Source: Candidatus Xenobia bacterium (GTDB taxonomy: Bacteria > Vulcanimicrobiota > Xenobia > Xenobiales > QWHO01). From it: 64,000 nucleotides of DNA. Position numbers and translations under genes: made by a program. A model generated the notes under the pieces. It did no database searches. It saw only the letters and a program-made list of their open reading frames with translations, and was not told the DNA's origin. Below are positions 21,247 through 34,034 of the stretch, one piece after another. The DNA is taken from contig BTUM01000021.1 in NCBI GenBank assembly GCA_045863235.1, positions 42,804-106,803 on the forward strand, in the 5' to 3' direction. How positions within the stretch are numbered: the first letter of the stretch is position 1; every line of letters starts with the position of its first letter.

Positions 21247-21674
21247 ACAGCGCCTAATGATAGTTCGATTGAATATAAACTGACCAGGTTCGCATTAAAC
21301 TGTTTCCAAGTGAGTCAAGGCGATAATCCATCAGTCGCAGGCGCCCCTCGACCTGAACGAGCGTCCGAGTAATGCGCCCATCTGCTCCAATGCGGAGACA
21401 GCCGGCGGCTTGAGCTTCGGCGCAGGAGCGGCTCAGTCTGCCTTCGAACCTGTTCGTACCGGATTGAGGAGGGGCAGCATGGAAGCAATCGTCACGCCGA
21501 TGTGGGCGCTGGGCGTAACCGGAAACGCTTCGGTCTTCGTCGACTTGGGGCGACCCCTTTGGCAGCCCCGAAACCAAGACGGGCCTTCATCCTGAGTGCC
21601 CCATGTAGGTTCCCCGGGTAAGAGCGACGCTGCCTTCCGGCTTCGTGCGGGTTCGGAGAACCTGTGCCCTCAGT

Positions 21675-23972
<2,298 letters not shown>

Positions 23973-24059
23973 GGGATCCTCCACCAGTTGGTTGAACTGG
24001 ATGCGAGGATAAACGCGCGCCCCGCCGGAGGGGATTACCGGCTTGTTACAACTCTGAGC

Positions 24060-27000
24060 CTACTGGTGGGCTCGCAGCAGCGGGCCGAGCCAGATGCGCT
24101 GAAGGCGCAGCCGGGCCTCGCGGTGGGTCTCGGGCGGTTTGCGATAGAGCACTCGGAAGCCGTCCCGGCGGGCCTTCTCGAGCAGATCGCGATCGCTCAA
24201 GCTCTCGTAGGCAGCCGCGTAGGATGCCTGGCAGAGCCCCACCAACCGGGTTGCGAAGCGGTCGGCAGCGCCCTCGAGCTGCTCGCGGAAGGGCGTCGGG
24301 TCGAACATGAACTCGCGCAACTGGTCGAACTCGTCGCTCAGAGTGTGCTCGTAGAGCTGCTCGAGCAGGGTCTGCAGGGCTCTGGAGAAATCCGGTGTGG
24401 CGGCGCTGAAGGCCTCGATCTTGCGGGTGAGAGCGTCGGTGATGTCGACCCCGGACTGCAGCACGTGATCGCGACAGGCGAGCAAGAGGCGCACCCGTCC
24501 CTCGTCGTCGAGTGCCTCGGCGGCCCGGTAGAGGTGCAGGTGCCGGCGCTTGACCTGAAACAGCGCGCTCAACAGGAAGAAACGCAGCTGGCCCTCGGGC
24601 AGCGATTCGACTTCCTGGTTCACGATCAGGGTTGCCTCCGGCTCGGGGGCGGCCCGCACCATGAAGCGTTCGGGGCCCTCATAGCGGTGCACGGTCAGTC
24701 GACCGAGCTTGAAGATGGCGTCGTTGTCCTCGTTGGCCTGCACCTTAGGCTTCCAGCCGTCAGGGGCGGGTTTACTCTGGTCGAGCCACTCGTGGAAACG
24801 AGGAGCGGGGAAGCGAGCGCTCACTTTGGCCCTGGTAATCAGGTTGTCCAGGAAGAGCTTGAGGATTCCGGGCTCGGCTTTGCTCCAGTTCTGCTCGAGA
24901 AGGTCGGGGTCGGCCTCGACCGGGGCCAGCGCGGCACCGGCCTCGCCCTCAGCCGCCTGGGCTCGCTCGAGCGAGCCTCTGCCCAGAGCCACGATGGCTC
25001 GGGCCACCGGAGCCTGATTTCGATGGCGATTCTCCTTGTAGATCTCGTCGAGGTGAGTGAACAGCCGATCCGAGTCTGCCACGCTGCCCATGTAGTTGCG
25101 CACGTAGGTGGAGCGGTCTTCAGGCGTGCCGGCCAGCAGACAGGTGAGGTAGTAGTCGATGCGTCCCTCGCCGCGAATGGGATTGGGAATGCGCTTGGCG
25201 CGCCGCAGGTAGTCGACCGCCTGCTCGGAATCGGCCAGGTGGAGCTCGGCCAGCTCCAACAGGCACCGTTTCTTCTCGGCCATGCTGCGCGACTGGCCGA
25301 TGCGCTCGTTGAGCACGGTGGTCATCGTGGTGATGAATTGAGCGTTGTCCTTGGCCCGAATCATCACCGGCAGCATCCGGCGCCCGATCTCGTAAGCTTC
25401 CATCCAGCACGAGAAGCTGGCATAGTTGTAGAACAGGCCGGCTTCGACCTGGGCCACGTTGGGGTGATCTTGATGGAGCTTGGAGAAGAACTCGAACGAT
25501 TCGTCCATGTTCAGGTGCTTGAGCATGGTCATGCCCTTCTCGACCTCGGCGAGGAGGGTGGCGTCCTGGGTAACCTGCAGGGGATTGGGGTCGGGCGGGA
25601 AGTCGAGCACTTCCACCGGGAGCTGGGCGTCGGATTCCTCCTCGACTTCGACCTGGTGGGCATGCACGTCATGGCTGGCCGTTTCCAGCACCTTGGCGGC
25701 GGCCGCGCTGTCCTGGTTGTCCTCCAGCTCGAGCTTGGCCAGCAGATCGGTAGCCGACAGGAAGACGGGCTCTTCCTTTTCGACCGCTTTCTCGGGTTCT
25801 TCTTCCGTCTCGAGCCGGGACAGAAAGCTGTCCACACTTTCAACGGGTGCGGAGGGTGGCTCGGGTGACCGGAGGATGAGCTCGGGCTCCGGTTCGGGCT
25901 CGGGTGAGCGGACGACGACCTCGGGCTCGGGCTCGGGCTCGGGTGAGCGAACGACGACCTCAGGCTCCGGCTCGGGCTCGGCGGGGCGGACCTCAGGCTC
26001 CGGCGCGGCTTTCACAGGCTCAGGCTTAGCCACCTCCGCCTCCGGCTCGCGCAGACGCACGGGTGCGGCCACCGGACGAGATTCCTCCGACTTTTCGGGC
26101 TCGGGAGCCGGGCGGGCGCTCAGCGTGACCCGGGCCGCGCCGCTCGCGAGCGACTGGCGGAACTCATCGAGCAAGGCCGTGAGGCGGCCGCGCTGCTCGG
26201 GGCTCTGGACCAATCGAGCAGCTGTGTCATCCAGGCTCTTCACGATCAGGTCCAACTCGTCGGCGTCGGTGGACTCGGGCTCGATGCCGCAGCGGTAGTA
26301 GACGCGATTGACCAGCACCTGGCCGGTGCTTCCAAGAACCTCGGTCATGGCGGCTGTCAAGACCTCTTGGGGCGAGCCTGTGAAGCTCTCGCCCGCTACC
26401 GAGGGTGCTTCGGAAGGGGCCGCTTCGGCCCGGCTGCCACCCTCGAGCACCACCTGCTTGAGCTCGGAGATGTTGCTTTCCAGAGTCTGAACCCGGGCCT
26501 GGCTCGAGGTCAGTTCCCGCCCCTGGGAGGCCAGCTCTGTCTTGAGCCGCTCGGCCTCCTGCTGGCTCAAGGAAAGCTCGCTCTGCAGACGGGCCGATTC
26601 GGCCCGGGCGCTCTCCAGCTCGTCTTTGGTCTTGCGCAGCTTCTCGCCCTCGGCTTTGCTCGATTCGCGCAAGCCCTGCAGGTGCTCTTCGCTTTCATGG
26701 AGCTGGGCAGCCAGCTCGTGGGCCCTCTTGTCCAGCTCATCGGCCCTGGTCTTCTCGCTCTCGAGCTCCTTGAGCCGGCGCTGAGCGACCTCCAGTTGGG
26801 CCCTGAGCTCGGCCTGGCCGGCTTCCAGCTCTTGCACCCGGGAGGCGAGTGTAGTTTTCCCTTCCTCCAGGCTGGCTGCCCGCGCCCTCTCGGCTTCCAG
26901 GGCTCCCTCGCGGCTGCGAAGGTCGGCTTCTAGCTCGGTCACCCGCGACTGCAGGTCGGCCAGCTCGGTACTGGCCTCCAGCAGGCGCGTCTGAAACGTC

Positions 27001-27335
27001 TGCTGGCGCTCTTCCAGGGCCTTCTGGGCCTCCTCGAGCTTCTTCTTGTGAGCCTCCAGCTCGCTGTTCAGCTGGCTCTCGCGTCCCTGGCCGGCTCTGA
27101 GGTTGTCTTCCAGATCCTCGAGCTGGAGAACCAGGTCCACGTTCTTCTCGCCGACCGCCCGGGACTCGCTTTGCAGACGCTCGCACTCGGCCTTCAAGAA
27201 CTGGTTGGATTCGATCAGCTTGAGGTCGATGCTGCCGCTGGAGTAGGCGGAAAGCTGCTCTCGGAGCAGGAGGTTCTCCTCTTGCAGCTTCTGGTTCTGC
27301 TCTTCCAGAGCATTCTTGGTGCCGGCTTCGGACAT
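24060..27335 (-). CDS. Large coiled-coil protein with Pro-Glu repeat linker and helical C-terminal region
   Basis: 1091 aa; ~290-aa heptad-rich N-terminus; PEPE repeats; TPR-like and degenerate M48-like C-terminus. Confidence 0.8.
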   Translation of the reverse strand: MSEAGTKNALEEQNQKLQEENLLLREQLSAYSSGSIDLKLIESNQFLKAECERLQSESRAVGEKNVDLVLQLEDLEDNLRAGQGRESQLNSELEAHKKKLEEAQKALEERQQTFQTRLLEASTELADLQSRVTELEADLRSREGALEAERARAASLEEGKTTLASRVQELEAGQAELRAQLEVAQRRLKELESEKTRADELDKRAHELAAQLHESEEHLQGLRESSKAEGEKLRKTKDELESARAESARLQSELSLSQQEAERLKTELASQGRELTSSQARVQTLESNISELKQVVLEGGSRAEAAPSEAPSVAGESFTGSPQEVLTAAMTEVLGSTGQVLVNRVYYRCGIEPESTDADELDLIVKSLDDTAARLVQSPEQRGRLTALLDEFRQSLASGAARVTLSARPAPEPEKSEESRPVAAPVRLREPEAEVAKPEPVKAAPEPEVRPAEPEPEPEVVVRSPEPEPEPEVVVRSPEPEPEPELILRSPEPPSAPVESVDSFLSRLETEEEPEKAVEKEEPVFLSATDLLAKLELEDNQDSAAAAKVLETASHDVHAHQVEVEEESDAQLPVEVLDFPPDPNPLQVTQDATLLAEVEKGMTMLKHLNMDESFEFFSKLHQDHPNVAQVEAGLFYNYASFSCWMEAYEIGRRMLPVMIRAKDNAQFITTMTTVLNERIGQSRSMAEKKRCLLELAELHLADSEQAVDYLRRAKRIPNPIRGEGRIDYYLTCLLAGTPEDRSTYVRNYMGSVADSDRLFTHLDEIYKENRHRNQAPVARAIVALGRGSLERAQAAEGEAGAALAPVEADPDLLEQNWSKAEPGILKLFLDNLITRAKVSARFPAPRFHEWLDQSKPAPDGWKPKVQANEDNDAIFKLGRLTVHRYEGPERFMVRAAPEPEATLIVNQEVESLPEGQLRFFLLSALFQVKRRHLHLYRAAEALDDEGRVRLLLACRDHVLQSGVDITDALTRKIEAFSAATPDFSRALQTLLEQLYEHTLSDEFDQLREFMFDPTPFREQLEGAADRFATRLVGLCQASYAAAYESLSDRDLLEKARRDGFRVLYRKPPETHREARLRLQRIWLGPLLRAHQ
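25861..25977. repeat. Three tandem 39-nt units encoding PEPEPE(V/L)(V/I)(V/L)RSPE
   Basis: Units start at 25861, 25900, 25939 (tcgggtga...cgggc). Confidence 0.85.
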
Positions 27336-27412
27336 CGGGTCCTCCTGCGCGAGGGAGTGCAGCGCGAATGCGCGGGAGAACCGCTTCGACCAGGGCTGGC
27401 GAGGGCCCTCCG

Positions 27413-27973
27413 TTACTTCTCCAGCAACACCGACAGTTGATCGAGCAACTGCTTGATCTCCTGATCCATCAACACGCAGCGCTTGCTGATGCCTTCCACC
27501 ACAGGTCGTGCTTCCTTCTGAGCCAGCTCTTCGAACTGCAGTCGGGCGATGTCGATGCGAACGATCACGCGCTTCTCGAGGTCTTTCCGGGCGGCGCGCA
27601 GTTTCTGCAAGATGCGGATCTTGGCTGAGGGATCGGCGTCGGAGTGCTCGGCAAGTTGCTGCTGCATGTCCTCGGCCGCATCCTGCACCTCGCGGCGAGT
27701 GAACTCGAGCAATTCCAGGAGCTCATACCCGGGCAGGCCCTCGGAGGGGGCCAGACTGCTCGCTTCCCGCACCGCCATCGGGTTGGCGCTTTCCCGGAAA
27801 GCCGGGTCGTGCTTCTCCTCGACCTTCTGTTTCTCCGGCGGACGCAAGGAAATGCGTCGCATGCCATTCCCGGGGGAGGCCTCACCCAGCTTCCCCGGCA
27901 TCAGCCGGCCTCCACACTCGGGGCAGTCGCGCAAGAAATTCCCGCTATTTTTCCGGCACGCCGGACAGTACAC
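27413..27973 (-). CDS. Hypothetical protein with N-terminal zinc ribbon and helical C-terminus
   Basis: CPAC-x10-CPECG. Confidence 0.75.
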   Translation of the reverse strand: MYCPACRKNSGNFLRDCPECGGRLMPGKLGEASPGNGMRRISLRPPEKQKVEEKHDPAFRESANPMAVREASSLAPSEGLPGYELLELLEFTRREVQDAAEDMQQQLAEHSDADPSAKIRILQKLRAARKDLEKRVIVRIDIARLQFEELAQKEARPVVEGISKRCVLMDQEIKQLLDQLSVLLEK

Positions 27974-28048
27974 GAGACGCCTCCAGAGATCGGTGACCCC
28001 CCCTTCTACGGCTCCGTGCCTCAGCCCTCTCGGCTTGAAATTTGGAGT

Positions 28049-28933
28049 TCAGTCCGAAAGCTGAGCCTGAGAGTCCTCGGGCGGAGCGGGTGCCTGCCAC
28101 TCGCGGATGCGCCTGACACCCAGAAAACGCTCCGCGAAGTAGCTCTCCTCCAGGCTTGACTCGACCACTCCCCGGCTGGAGCTGGCGTGCAGAAAGCGGC
28201 CGGGCCCGGTGCAGATGCCGACATGCGACGGACCGGGCTCGTAGGTGCTGAAGAACAGCAGATCTCCCGTTTGCATCTGGTCGCGGGGAACCTCGACGCA
28301 ATCGGCAAACTGGAGATCGGCCGTGCGACGAAGCTCGTAGCCCCCGAGGCGGAACACTTCCTGGACGAACCCTGAGCAGTCCACTCCGTTGGGACTGACC
28401 CCGCCCCAGCGGTAGGGCGTGCCGACCAGGCGCCGGGCCAGGGCTACGAGCTCGGGGGGATTGAGGGGGCGCCCCGCCGGGGCCAGGATGGACTCGACTG
28501 GGGCCCAGGCTTTGCGACCATCGGGCAGGGTGACCTCGAGCCAGCCCCCGGTTGGGAGAGTCGCAAACCCGTGGCGGGGAATGAGCAACTCCTCGCCCAC
28601 CTGCAGTCGGTCGCTGTCGCGGGCGTTGGCCTGACGCAGGCTCTCGAGGCGAACCTGGTAGAGCTTGCTGATGGACCAGAGGGTCTGGCCTGGCTCGACC
28701 TGGTGACGGGGCCAGCTGCTGGCGCGCGGTATCTGCAGGATCAGACCCGGCTCGAGTGTCTTCAAATCAACGTTGGGATTGGCCCGGGCGAGACTTTCTG
28801 CCGTCAGGCCGTAGAAGCGAGCCAGCGCTTCCACCGACTCGCCCTCCTGGACCTCATGGGAAACGGCTTCGCCAGCCAGGGCGCATCCCTGGAGCGCGAG
28901 CCACAGAATGGTGACCGCCAGGAAACGAAGCAT
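28049..28933 (-). CDS. LysM-LysM-NlpC/P60 cell wall peptidase
   Basis: Signal peptide; two LysM repeats; GTPYRWGG, GVDCSGF, SHVGI, FLHASS. Confidence 0.93.
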   Translation of the reverse strand: MLRFLAVTILWLALQGCALAGEAVSHEVQEGESVEALARFYGLTAESLARANPNVDLKTLEPGLILQIPRASSWPRHQVEPGQTLWSISKLYQVRLESLRQANARDSDRLQVGEELLIPRHGFATLPTGGWLEVTLPDGRKAWAPVESILAPAGRPLNPPELVALARRLVGTPYRWGGVSPNGVDCSGFVQEVFRLGGYELRRTADLQFADCVEVPRDQMQTGDLLFFSTYEPGPSHVGICTGPGRFLHASSSRGVVESSLEESYFAERFLGVRRIREWQAPAPPEDSQAQLSD

Positions 28934-28969
28934 TGAGGAAAATTACTCGCTCGGAACGAAGAACTCCTT

Positions 28970-29314
28970 TCAATCTTGAGGAGCCAGCTGATCGCATCGA
29001 GCTGCCATCACGAAATCGTTACGGTGCAGGTTCTTGATCTTGTGGGTCCACCAGCGCACGGTGACGCGTCCCCATTCGGTCAAGAGAGCCGGGTGGTGGT
29101 TTTGCTCCTCGGCCAGAGCGCCCACGCGATTGGTGAAGTCCAGCGCCTGGGCGAAGTTGCTGAACTTGAACACTCGCTCTAACTTGGGCACCGTATCGGA
29201 GTCCACCACGGTCCAGTGAGGGATCTCCTGCAGCCACCGGTCGCGTTCTTCGGCCAGGACGGGCGGGGCCCCGGCGTCACACGCCTCGCATCGCCCTTCA
29301 CTCAGTCTGGTCAT
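28970..29314 (-). CDS. phhB: Pterin-4-alpha-carbinolamine dehydratase
   Basis: CEAC, LERVFKFSNF, AEEQNHHP, WWTHKI, NDFVMAA. Confidence 0.92.
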   Translation of the reverse strand: MTRLSEGRCEACDAGAPPVLAEERDRWLQEIPHWTVVDSDTVPKLERVFKFSNFAQALDFTNRVGALAEEQNHHPALLTEWGRVTVRWWTHKIKNLHRNDFVMAARCDQLAPQD

Positions 29315-30179
29315 CGACTTTTTCCTCCTTGATCAACTGTCGCATGGCTGCGGCCAGGTGGAGCACGAGATAGCGGTCCTGAGGCGAGCCAATGCCTTCC
29401 AACTTCAGCAGCCCCTGGTCGCGGGTCAGGATGCCCAGGTAGCCAGTTCGGGTGGCCTCCACGATCACGACGTCGTTCAGAGGCACGTCCACCAACAATG
29501 GCTGGCCCTCGGGCTGAATCCTCAGTCCTTCCGGACCCAGGGTGACAATCAAGCCCCGCTGGCCGCCGGGAAGCGGCCGGGCCATGACCAGCTTGAAGCG
29601 ATACCCATCGGTCAACCTTTCGGCCTCGGGCAGGGGATAGCGTCCCCGAACCAGCTTGGGATCGAGCTCCTCGAACTGGAGAAAGAAATTGGGTTTGTTG
29701 GGGGGATGGCCGTCCTTGAACAGCTTGGTTTCGCCACTGCGCACGAAGTAGCTCAGCGCGGCCGACATCTCGCGGGCTCGCTGGTAGACCACGAAAGGGT
29801 CTTTGTGGCTGAAGAACGGAATGCGTCGTCCCGAGGCGAACTCCAGGTCGACCTGGCTGGCGGGGTAGTCCACGGTCAGACCACGGAACGCACCGTGTCG
29901 GTAAGCTCGGCCAGGAATGAGGCCGGAGGTGTAGAGCTGCAGACGGTCCTGGGTAACTCGGAGGCGGTCGGGCAGGAGCACCAGCATCACCCCGGTCAGG
30001 GTGACGAAGGCGAAGAGCATCAACATCAAGACTCGCACCGGGTCGTTGGGAGCGAGCTCTTGCGAGCGCGCCACACCCACCAGCATGGCCGCTCCCAGCA
30101 AGAGCATGGCGGCCCCGGCGCCGAGCAACCGGCGATTGCCGCTGAACCAGATCACGCGGCCCTCGAGCGCCTCGCTCAA
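29298..30179 (-). CDS. Hypothetical membrane protein (2 N-terminal TM helices)
   Basis: 293-aa ORF overlapping both neighbours in the same operon. Confidence 0.7.
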   Translation of the reverse strand: MSEALEGRVIWFSGNRRLLGAGAAMLLLGAAMLVGVARSQELAPNDPVRVLMLMLFAFVTLTGVMLVLLPDRLRVTQDRLQLYTSGLIPGRAYRHGAFRGLTVDYPASQVDLEFASGRRIPFFSHKDPFVVYQRAREMSAALSYFVRSGETKLFKDGHPPNKPNFFLQFEELDPKLVRGRYPLPEAERLTDGYRFKLVMARPLPGGQRGLIVTLGPEGLRIQPEGQPLLVDVPLNDVVIVEATRTGYLGILTRDQGLLKLEGIGSPQDRYLVLHLAAAMRQLIKEEKVDDQTE

Positions 30180-30655
30180 CGGGCCGCCTGAAGGGCCTCC
30201 AGCGCCTCCAGCACCTGCTGGTCGTGTCCGTCCACCGAGACGCGCTTCCAGACCTTGCGCACCACGCCGTCGGGGCCGATCAGAAAGGTGGAACGCTGGA
30301 TTCCCATGGACTTCTTCCCGTACATGTTCTTCTCGCGCCAGGCTCCATAACGCTCCGCCACCTGGTGGTCGCGGTCGGCGAGCAGGGGAAAGTTCAGCCC
30401 GTACTTGTCTCGAAACCTGCCATGGCTCTTCTCGTCATCCGGGCTGACCCCCAGCACCACCGCGCCGTGGCGAGAGAGATCAGACTGTCGATCACGAAAA
30501 TTACAGGCCTCTTTGGTGCACCCCGGAGTGTCGTCGGCGGGATAGAAGTAGAGCACCACCGGCTGGCCCCGCAGCACTTCGAGGGACACTTTCTGGCCCT
30601 GGTCGGACACCAGGGTAAATTCTGGCGCGGTTGCGCCTTCCTCGATCCAGTCCAC
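30176..30655 (-). CDS. bcp: Thioredoxin-dependent peroxiredoxin Bcp
   Basis: VLYFYPADDTPGCTKEACNFRD, GVSPD, RSTFLI. Confidence 0.95.
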   Translation of the reverse strand: MDWIEEGATAPEFTLVSDQGQKVSLEVLRGQPVVLYFYPADDTPGCTKEACNFRDRQSDLSRHGAVVLGVSPDDEKSHGRFRDKYGLNFPLLADRDHQVAERYGAWREKNMYGKKSMGIQRSTFLIGPDGVVRKVWKRVSVDGHDQQVLEALEALQAAR

Positions 30656-30657
30656 GG

Positions 30658-31917
30658 TCAAACCTCCTTGTTGCCCAGGCAGGCTCCACTGGGAACCTTG
30701 CACTTCTTCTTGCCCAGAATGCGTTCATCGGTGTTGGCGTGAACCACCACATTGCGCCCCAGCACCGCCTGGGCGGGAATTCGGCTATCCTTGCCGATCA
30801 GGGTCAGTCCGGTGTTGAGCATTTCGGGCATCTCCTGGTTGGCGGTGTTCTCCTCACCAGTTCCCACCAGTGCCTGGGCGCCTACCCGCACTCTCTTGTC
30901 CAAAATGGCCCGGTCCACCACCGCTCCGGCCTCGATGACGGCGTCGTTGAAGATGATGCTGTCGCGGACCACAGCTCCCTCAGCCACATAGACGCCCGGA
31001 GAGAGCACGCTGCGCTCCACCACGCCCTCGATTCGGCAGCCGTTGGAGAGCAGCGTGCCATCCACCTGGGCGCGAGGCCCGAGCTTGACGGGGGCGCGGT
31101 CCTCACTGCGAGTGTGCACCACCCACTCGGCGTCATAGAGGTCCAGAGCCGGATTCTCGCCTAGCAGGCTCATGTTGGCCTCCCAGTACGCCTGGGCCGT
31201 GCCCACGTCGGCCCAGTAGCCGGTGTAGGTGTGGGCGGCCACGTGCAGCTTGTGTTTGGTCAGAGCCGGCATCACGTCCCGGCCGAAGTCGATGAAGTCG
31301 TTCTTTTCCAGCAACTCGATGAGGAGGCTCTTGGTGAAGACGTAGATCCCCATGCTGGCCATGGTCTCGCTGGTGCGGCGGGGCTTCTCCTCGAAGCGCA
31401 CGATGCGGTCACCCTCCAGGGTGACGATGCCGAAACGGTGGGTTTCGTGCCGGCTCACCCGGCGAACGGCCACCGTCACGTCGGCTTTCTCGACCAGGTG
31501 CTGGCGCAGCAGGGGGCGATAGTCCATGAGGTAGATGTGGTCGCCGGCCAGCACCAGCACCAGCTCCTCGTCCTGGGTCTTGAGAAAGTCGAGATTGCGG
31601 CGCACCGCGTCGGCGGTGCCCTTCTGCCAATCTCCGTAGGGACCGCCTTGATAAGGCTGCAAGAGGTGCACCCCGCCGGAGCCCAGGTCGAGATCCCAGG
31701 GCTTGCCGGTCCCCACGTGGTCGTTGAGGCTGCGCGGCCGATACTGAGTCAGGACGGCCACGTTGTAGATGTCGGAGTTGACGCAGTTGGAGAGCACGAA
31801 GTCGATGACCCGGAACTTGCCCCCGAAGGGGATGGCCGGCTCAGCTCGGACCTCGGTTAACACGCTGAGGCTGCGGCTCGAGCCGCCCGCCAGGATCATG
31901 GCTACCGCGTTGGGCAT
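30658..31917 (-). CDS. glgD: ADP-glucose pyrophosphorylase paralog, probably regulatory GlgD-like subunit
   Basis: Full-length GlgC homology, but LAGGSSRSL and RAEPA replace LAGGxGTRL and RAKPA. Confidence 0.75.
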   Translation of the reverse strand: MPNAVAMILAGGSSRSLSVLTEVRAEPAIPFGGKFRVIDFVLSNCVNSDIYNVAVLTQYRPRSLNDHVGTGKPWDLDLGSGGVHLLQPYQGGPYGDWQKGTADAVRRNLDFLKTQDEELVLVLAGDHIYLMDYRPLLRQHLVEKADVTVAVRRVSRHETHRFGIVTLEGDRIVRFEEKPRRTSETMASMGIYVFTKSLLIELLEKNDFIDFGRDVMPALTKHKLHVAAHTYTGYWADVGTAQAYWEANMSLLGENPALDLYDAEWVVHTRSEDRAPVKLGPRAQVDGTLLSNGCRIEGVVERSVLSPGVYVAEGAVVRDSIIFNDAVIEAGAVVDRAILDKRVRVGAQALVGTGEENTANQEMPEMLNTGLTLIGKDSRIPAQAVLGRNVVVHANTDERILGKKKCKVPSGACLGNKEV

Positions 31918-31924
31918 ATCGTCC

Positions 31925-33187
31925 TCACACCGTCTTGCCATCGGCCACCCGGCCGTTGGCGGGGAAATGCTGCTCGCCTCGCGAGCTGTTGATCAAGACG
32001 TTCCGTCCGATGATGGCCCGCTCGGGAATGGAGGCGCTTTTGCCCACGACGGTGATGCCCGCAAACAATTTGTCGGGCATCTGGGCGTTGGCCACGCTCT
32101 CATTGCCGGTGCCCACCACGGCCCCGGCTCCCACGTAGACGTCCTTGTCCACCACCACTTTGTCCAAACGCGCCCCTGGCCCCACCCAGGTATCGTTCAT
32201 TACCACGCTGTCCTTGATGACCGCTCCCGGGCTGACGTAGACGCCCGGGCTGAGGACGCTGTTCTCGACCAGGCCTCGGATCACGCAGCCGTTGGAGACC
32301 AGGCTGCTGAGCACCTTGCCCTGGGGGCCGATCTTGACGGCCGGACGCTCTTCCGACTTGGTCAGGATCGGCCACTTGTCGGTGTACAGGTCCAGCGTCG
32401 GATTGGGCTTGGTCAGCTCCAGGTTGGTGGCCCAGTAGCTGTCGATCGTGCCCACGTCCACCCAGTAGCCCCCGCCGTAACGGAAGCTGTAGACCCGGTT
32501 GCCGGCAGAGATCATGCCGGGGATGATGTGCTTGCCGAAATCCAGATCCGGATGCTTGGGGTGGGCCTCCAGCAGGCGCTCCTTCAAAACCTCGGCCGAA
32601 AAGACGTAGATCCCCATCGAAGCCAGGTTGCCCTTGTCTTTGTCCTTGGGTTTCTCGAAGAACTCCACGATGCGATCGTCTTGATCGGTGCTCATGATGC
32701 CGAAGCGGTCGGTCTCCTCCAGCGGCACCTGCATCACGGCCACGGTGAGGTCGGCGTCCTTGTCGATGTGCTGGGCGATCATGGGCCGATAGTCCATCTT
32801 GTAGATATGGTCACCCGACAAGATGACCACCAGGTCGGCGCCCTGGCTCTCCAGGAAGTTGAGGTTCTGGAGCACGGCGTCGGCGGTGCCTCCGTACCAC
32901 CGCTGGCCCTTCTTCTCCTGGTAGGGCGGCAGCAAGCGCACTCCCCCTCGAGCACGATCGAGGTCCCAGGGCTTGCCGATGCCGATGTGGTCGTTGAGGC
33001 TGTGGGGGCGGTACTGAGTCAGCACTCCCACCGTGTGGATGCGGCTGTTCACGCAATTGGACAGGGTAAAGTCGATGATGCGGAACTTGCCAGCGAAGGG
33101 GACGGCGGGTTTGGCGCGCTCTTCCGAGAGGGTCGTGAGGCGGGTGCCCGCCCCACCGGCCAGGAGCATGGCGACGACTTTCATCAT
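31925..33187 (-). CDS. glgC: Glucose-1-phosphate adenylyltransferase
   Basis: [33 protein letters not shown], Fx[19 protein letters not shown]. Confidence 0.93.
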   Translation of the reverse strand: MMKVVAMLLAGGAGTRLTTLSEERAKPAVPFAGKFRIIDFTLSNCVNSRIHTVGVLTQYRPHSLNDHIGIGKPWDLDRARGGVRLLPPYQEKKGQRWYGGTADAVLQNLNFLESQGADLVVILSGDHIYKMDYRPMIAQHIDKDADLTVAVMQVPLEETDRFGIMSTDQDDRIVEFFEKPKDKDKGNLASMGIYVFSAEVLKERLLEAHPKHPDLDFGKHIIPGMISAGNRVYSFRYGGGYWVDVGTIDSYWATNLELTKPNPTLDLYTDKWPILTKSEERPAVKIGPQGKVLSSLVSNGCVIRGLVENSVLSPGVYVSPGAVIKDSVVMNDTWVGPGARLDKVVVDKDVYVGAGAVVGTGNESVANAQMPDKLFAGITVVGKSASIPERAIIGRNVLINSSRGEQHFPANGRVADGKTV

Positions 33188-33600
33188 CAGCGCCGCTTCG
33201 CGACCTTGCCCGGGGGTATCCTCCGCTGGCGCAAGACGAGCCAGGCCAGGCCGGCCAGAGCCAGGTTGGCTACCGGATGGACCCAGGTGATGGGCAGGGC
33301 TACCGGCAGGCAGCCACAGTCAATCTGAAGGCCTCGCACCAGCGTCAGCGAGGTGACCACCACGAAGGCAAGCGACAGAGCGGCGGCCAGCAAAGCCGCG
33401 CTGCGCCTCAGGAAGCCGGTGGCCAGACAAAATCCGATGAGGACTTCCAGCCGGGGTATGACCAGGGCCACCAGGGTGACCAGGGAGGAAGGAACCAGTT
33501 GGTAGGCGGCTACCTGGGCAGCGAAAAGCTCGGGGCCAGCCGCCTTGGGCAGCCCCACGCACACAAAGAAGATTCCCAGGACAACGCGCAGGGCAATCAC
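33187..33600 (-). CDS. MauE/DoxX family redox-associated membrane protein
   Basis: LRVVLG.F...[19 protein letters not shown]. Confidence 0.85.
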   Translation of the reverse strand: MIALRVVLGIFFVCVGLPKAAGPELFAAQVAAYQLVPSSLVTLVALVIPRLEVLIGFCLATGFLRRSAALLAAALSLAFVVVTSLTLVRGLQIDCGCLPVALPITWVHPVANLALAGLAWLVLRQRRIPPGKVAKRR

Positions 33601-34034
33601 GGCAGGGTGGGCCCTCCAGCTTCCAGCCAGGCCGGCCAGCCATCCGACAGCACCGCTGTGGGACCAACTCGTCTTCGACTCAAGGCTTCAGCCAGACGGG
33701 CGGCTGCGCCACATTCCGGCCCGTCGCAGTAGACCACCAGGAGCCGGCCATAGGGAAGCAGTGCGGCCGCCTCCGGGCCCGCATCCGGGCTCAGGTTCAC
33801 GGCCCCAGGAATGTGCCCCGCCTCATAACGCTCGCTCTCGCGGGCGTCCACGAACACCGCCTCCCCGCGGGCAAAGAGCTCCAGGGCGGTGGCCACCTCC
33901 ACCTCCTTGACCCGAATCGGGGCCCGGTAAGGGGTCAAGAGAGCCAGTTTGGGACCGAGCAACTGCACCTGGGCCAGCGACAGGCTGGTAGCCAGCACCA
34001 CCAGTGCCACAGCTCCAAGCAAGATGTCCCTCAC
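33597..34034 (-). CDS. Membrane-anchored rhodanese-like protein
   Basis: FVDAR..YEAGHIPGAVNL, VVYCDGPEC, GWPAW. Confidence 0.88.
   Translation of the reverse strand: MRDILLGAVALVVLATSLSLAQVQLLGPKLALLTPYRAPIRVKEVEVATALELFARGEAVFVDARESERYEAGHIPGAVNLSPDAGPEAAALLPYGRLLVVYCDGPECGAAARLAEALSRRRVGPTAVLSDGWPAWLEAGGPTLP

Noticed and set aside
19946..21595. Short ORFs 19946..20329, 21053..21283, 21254..21577, 21410..21595
   Set aside because: No motifs, RBS or typical codon bias; probably non-coding or decayed sequence.
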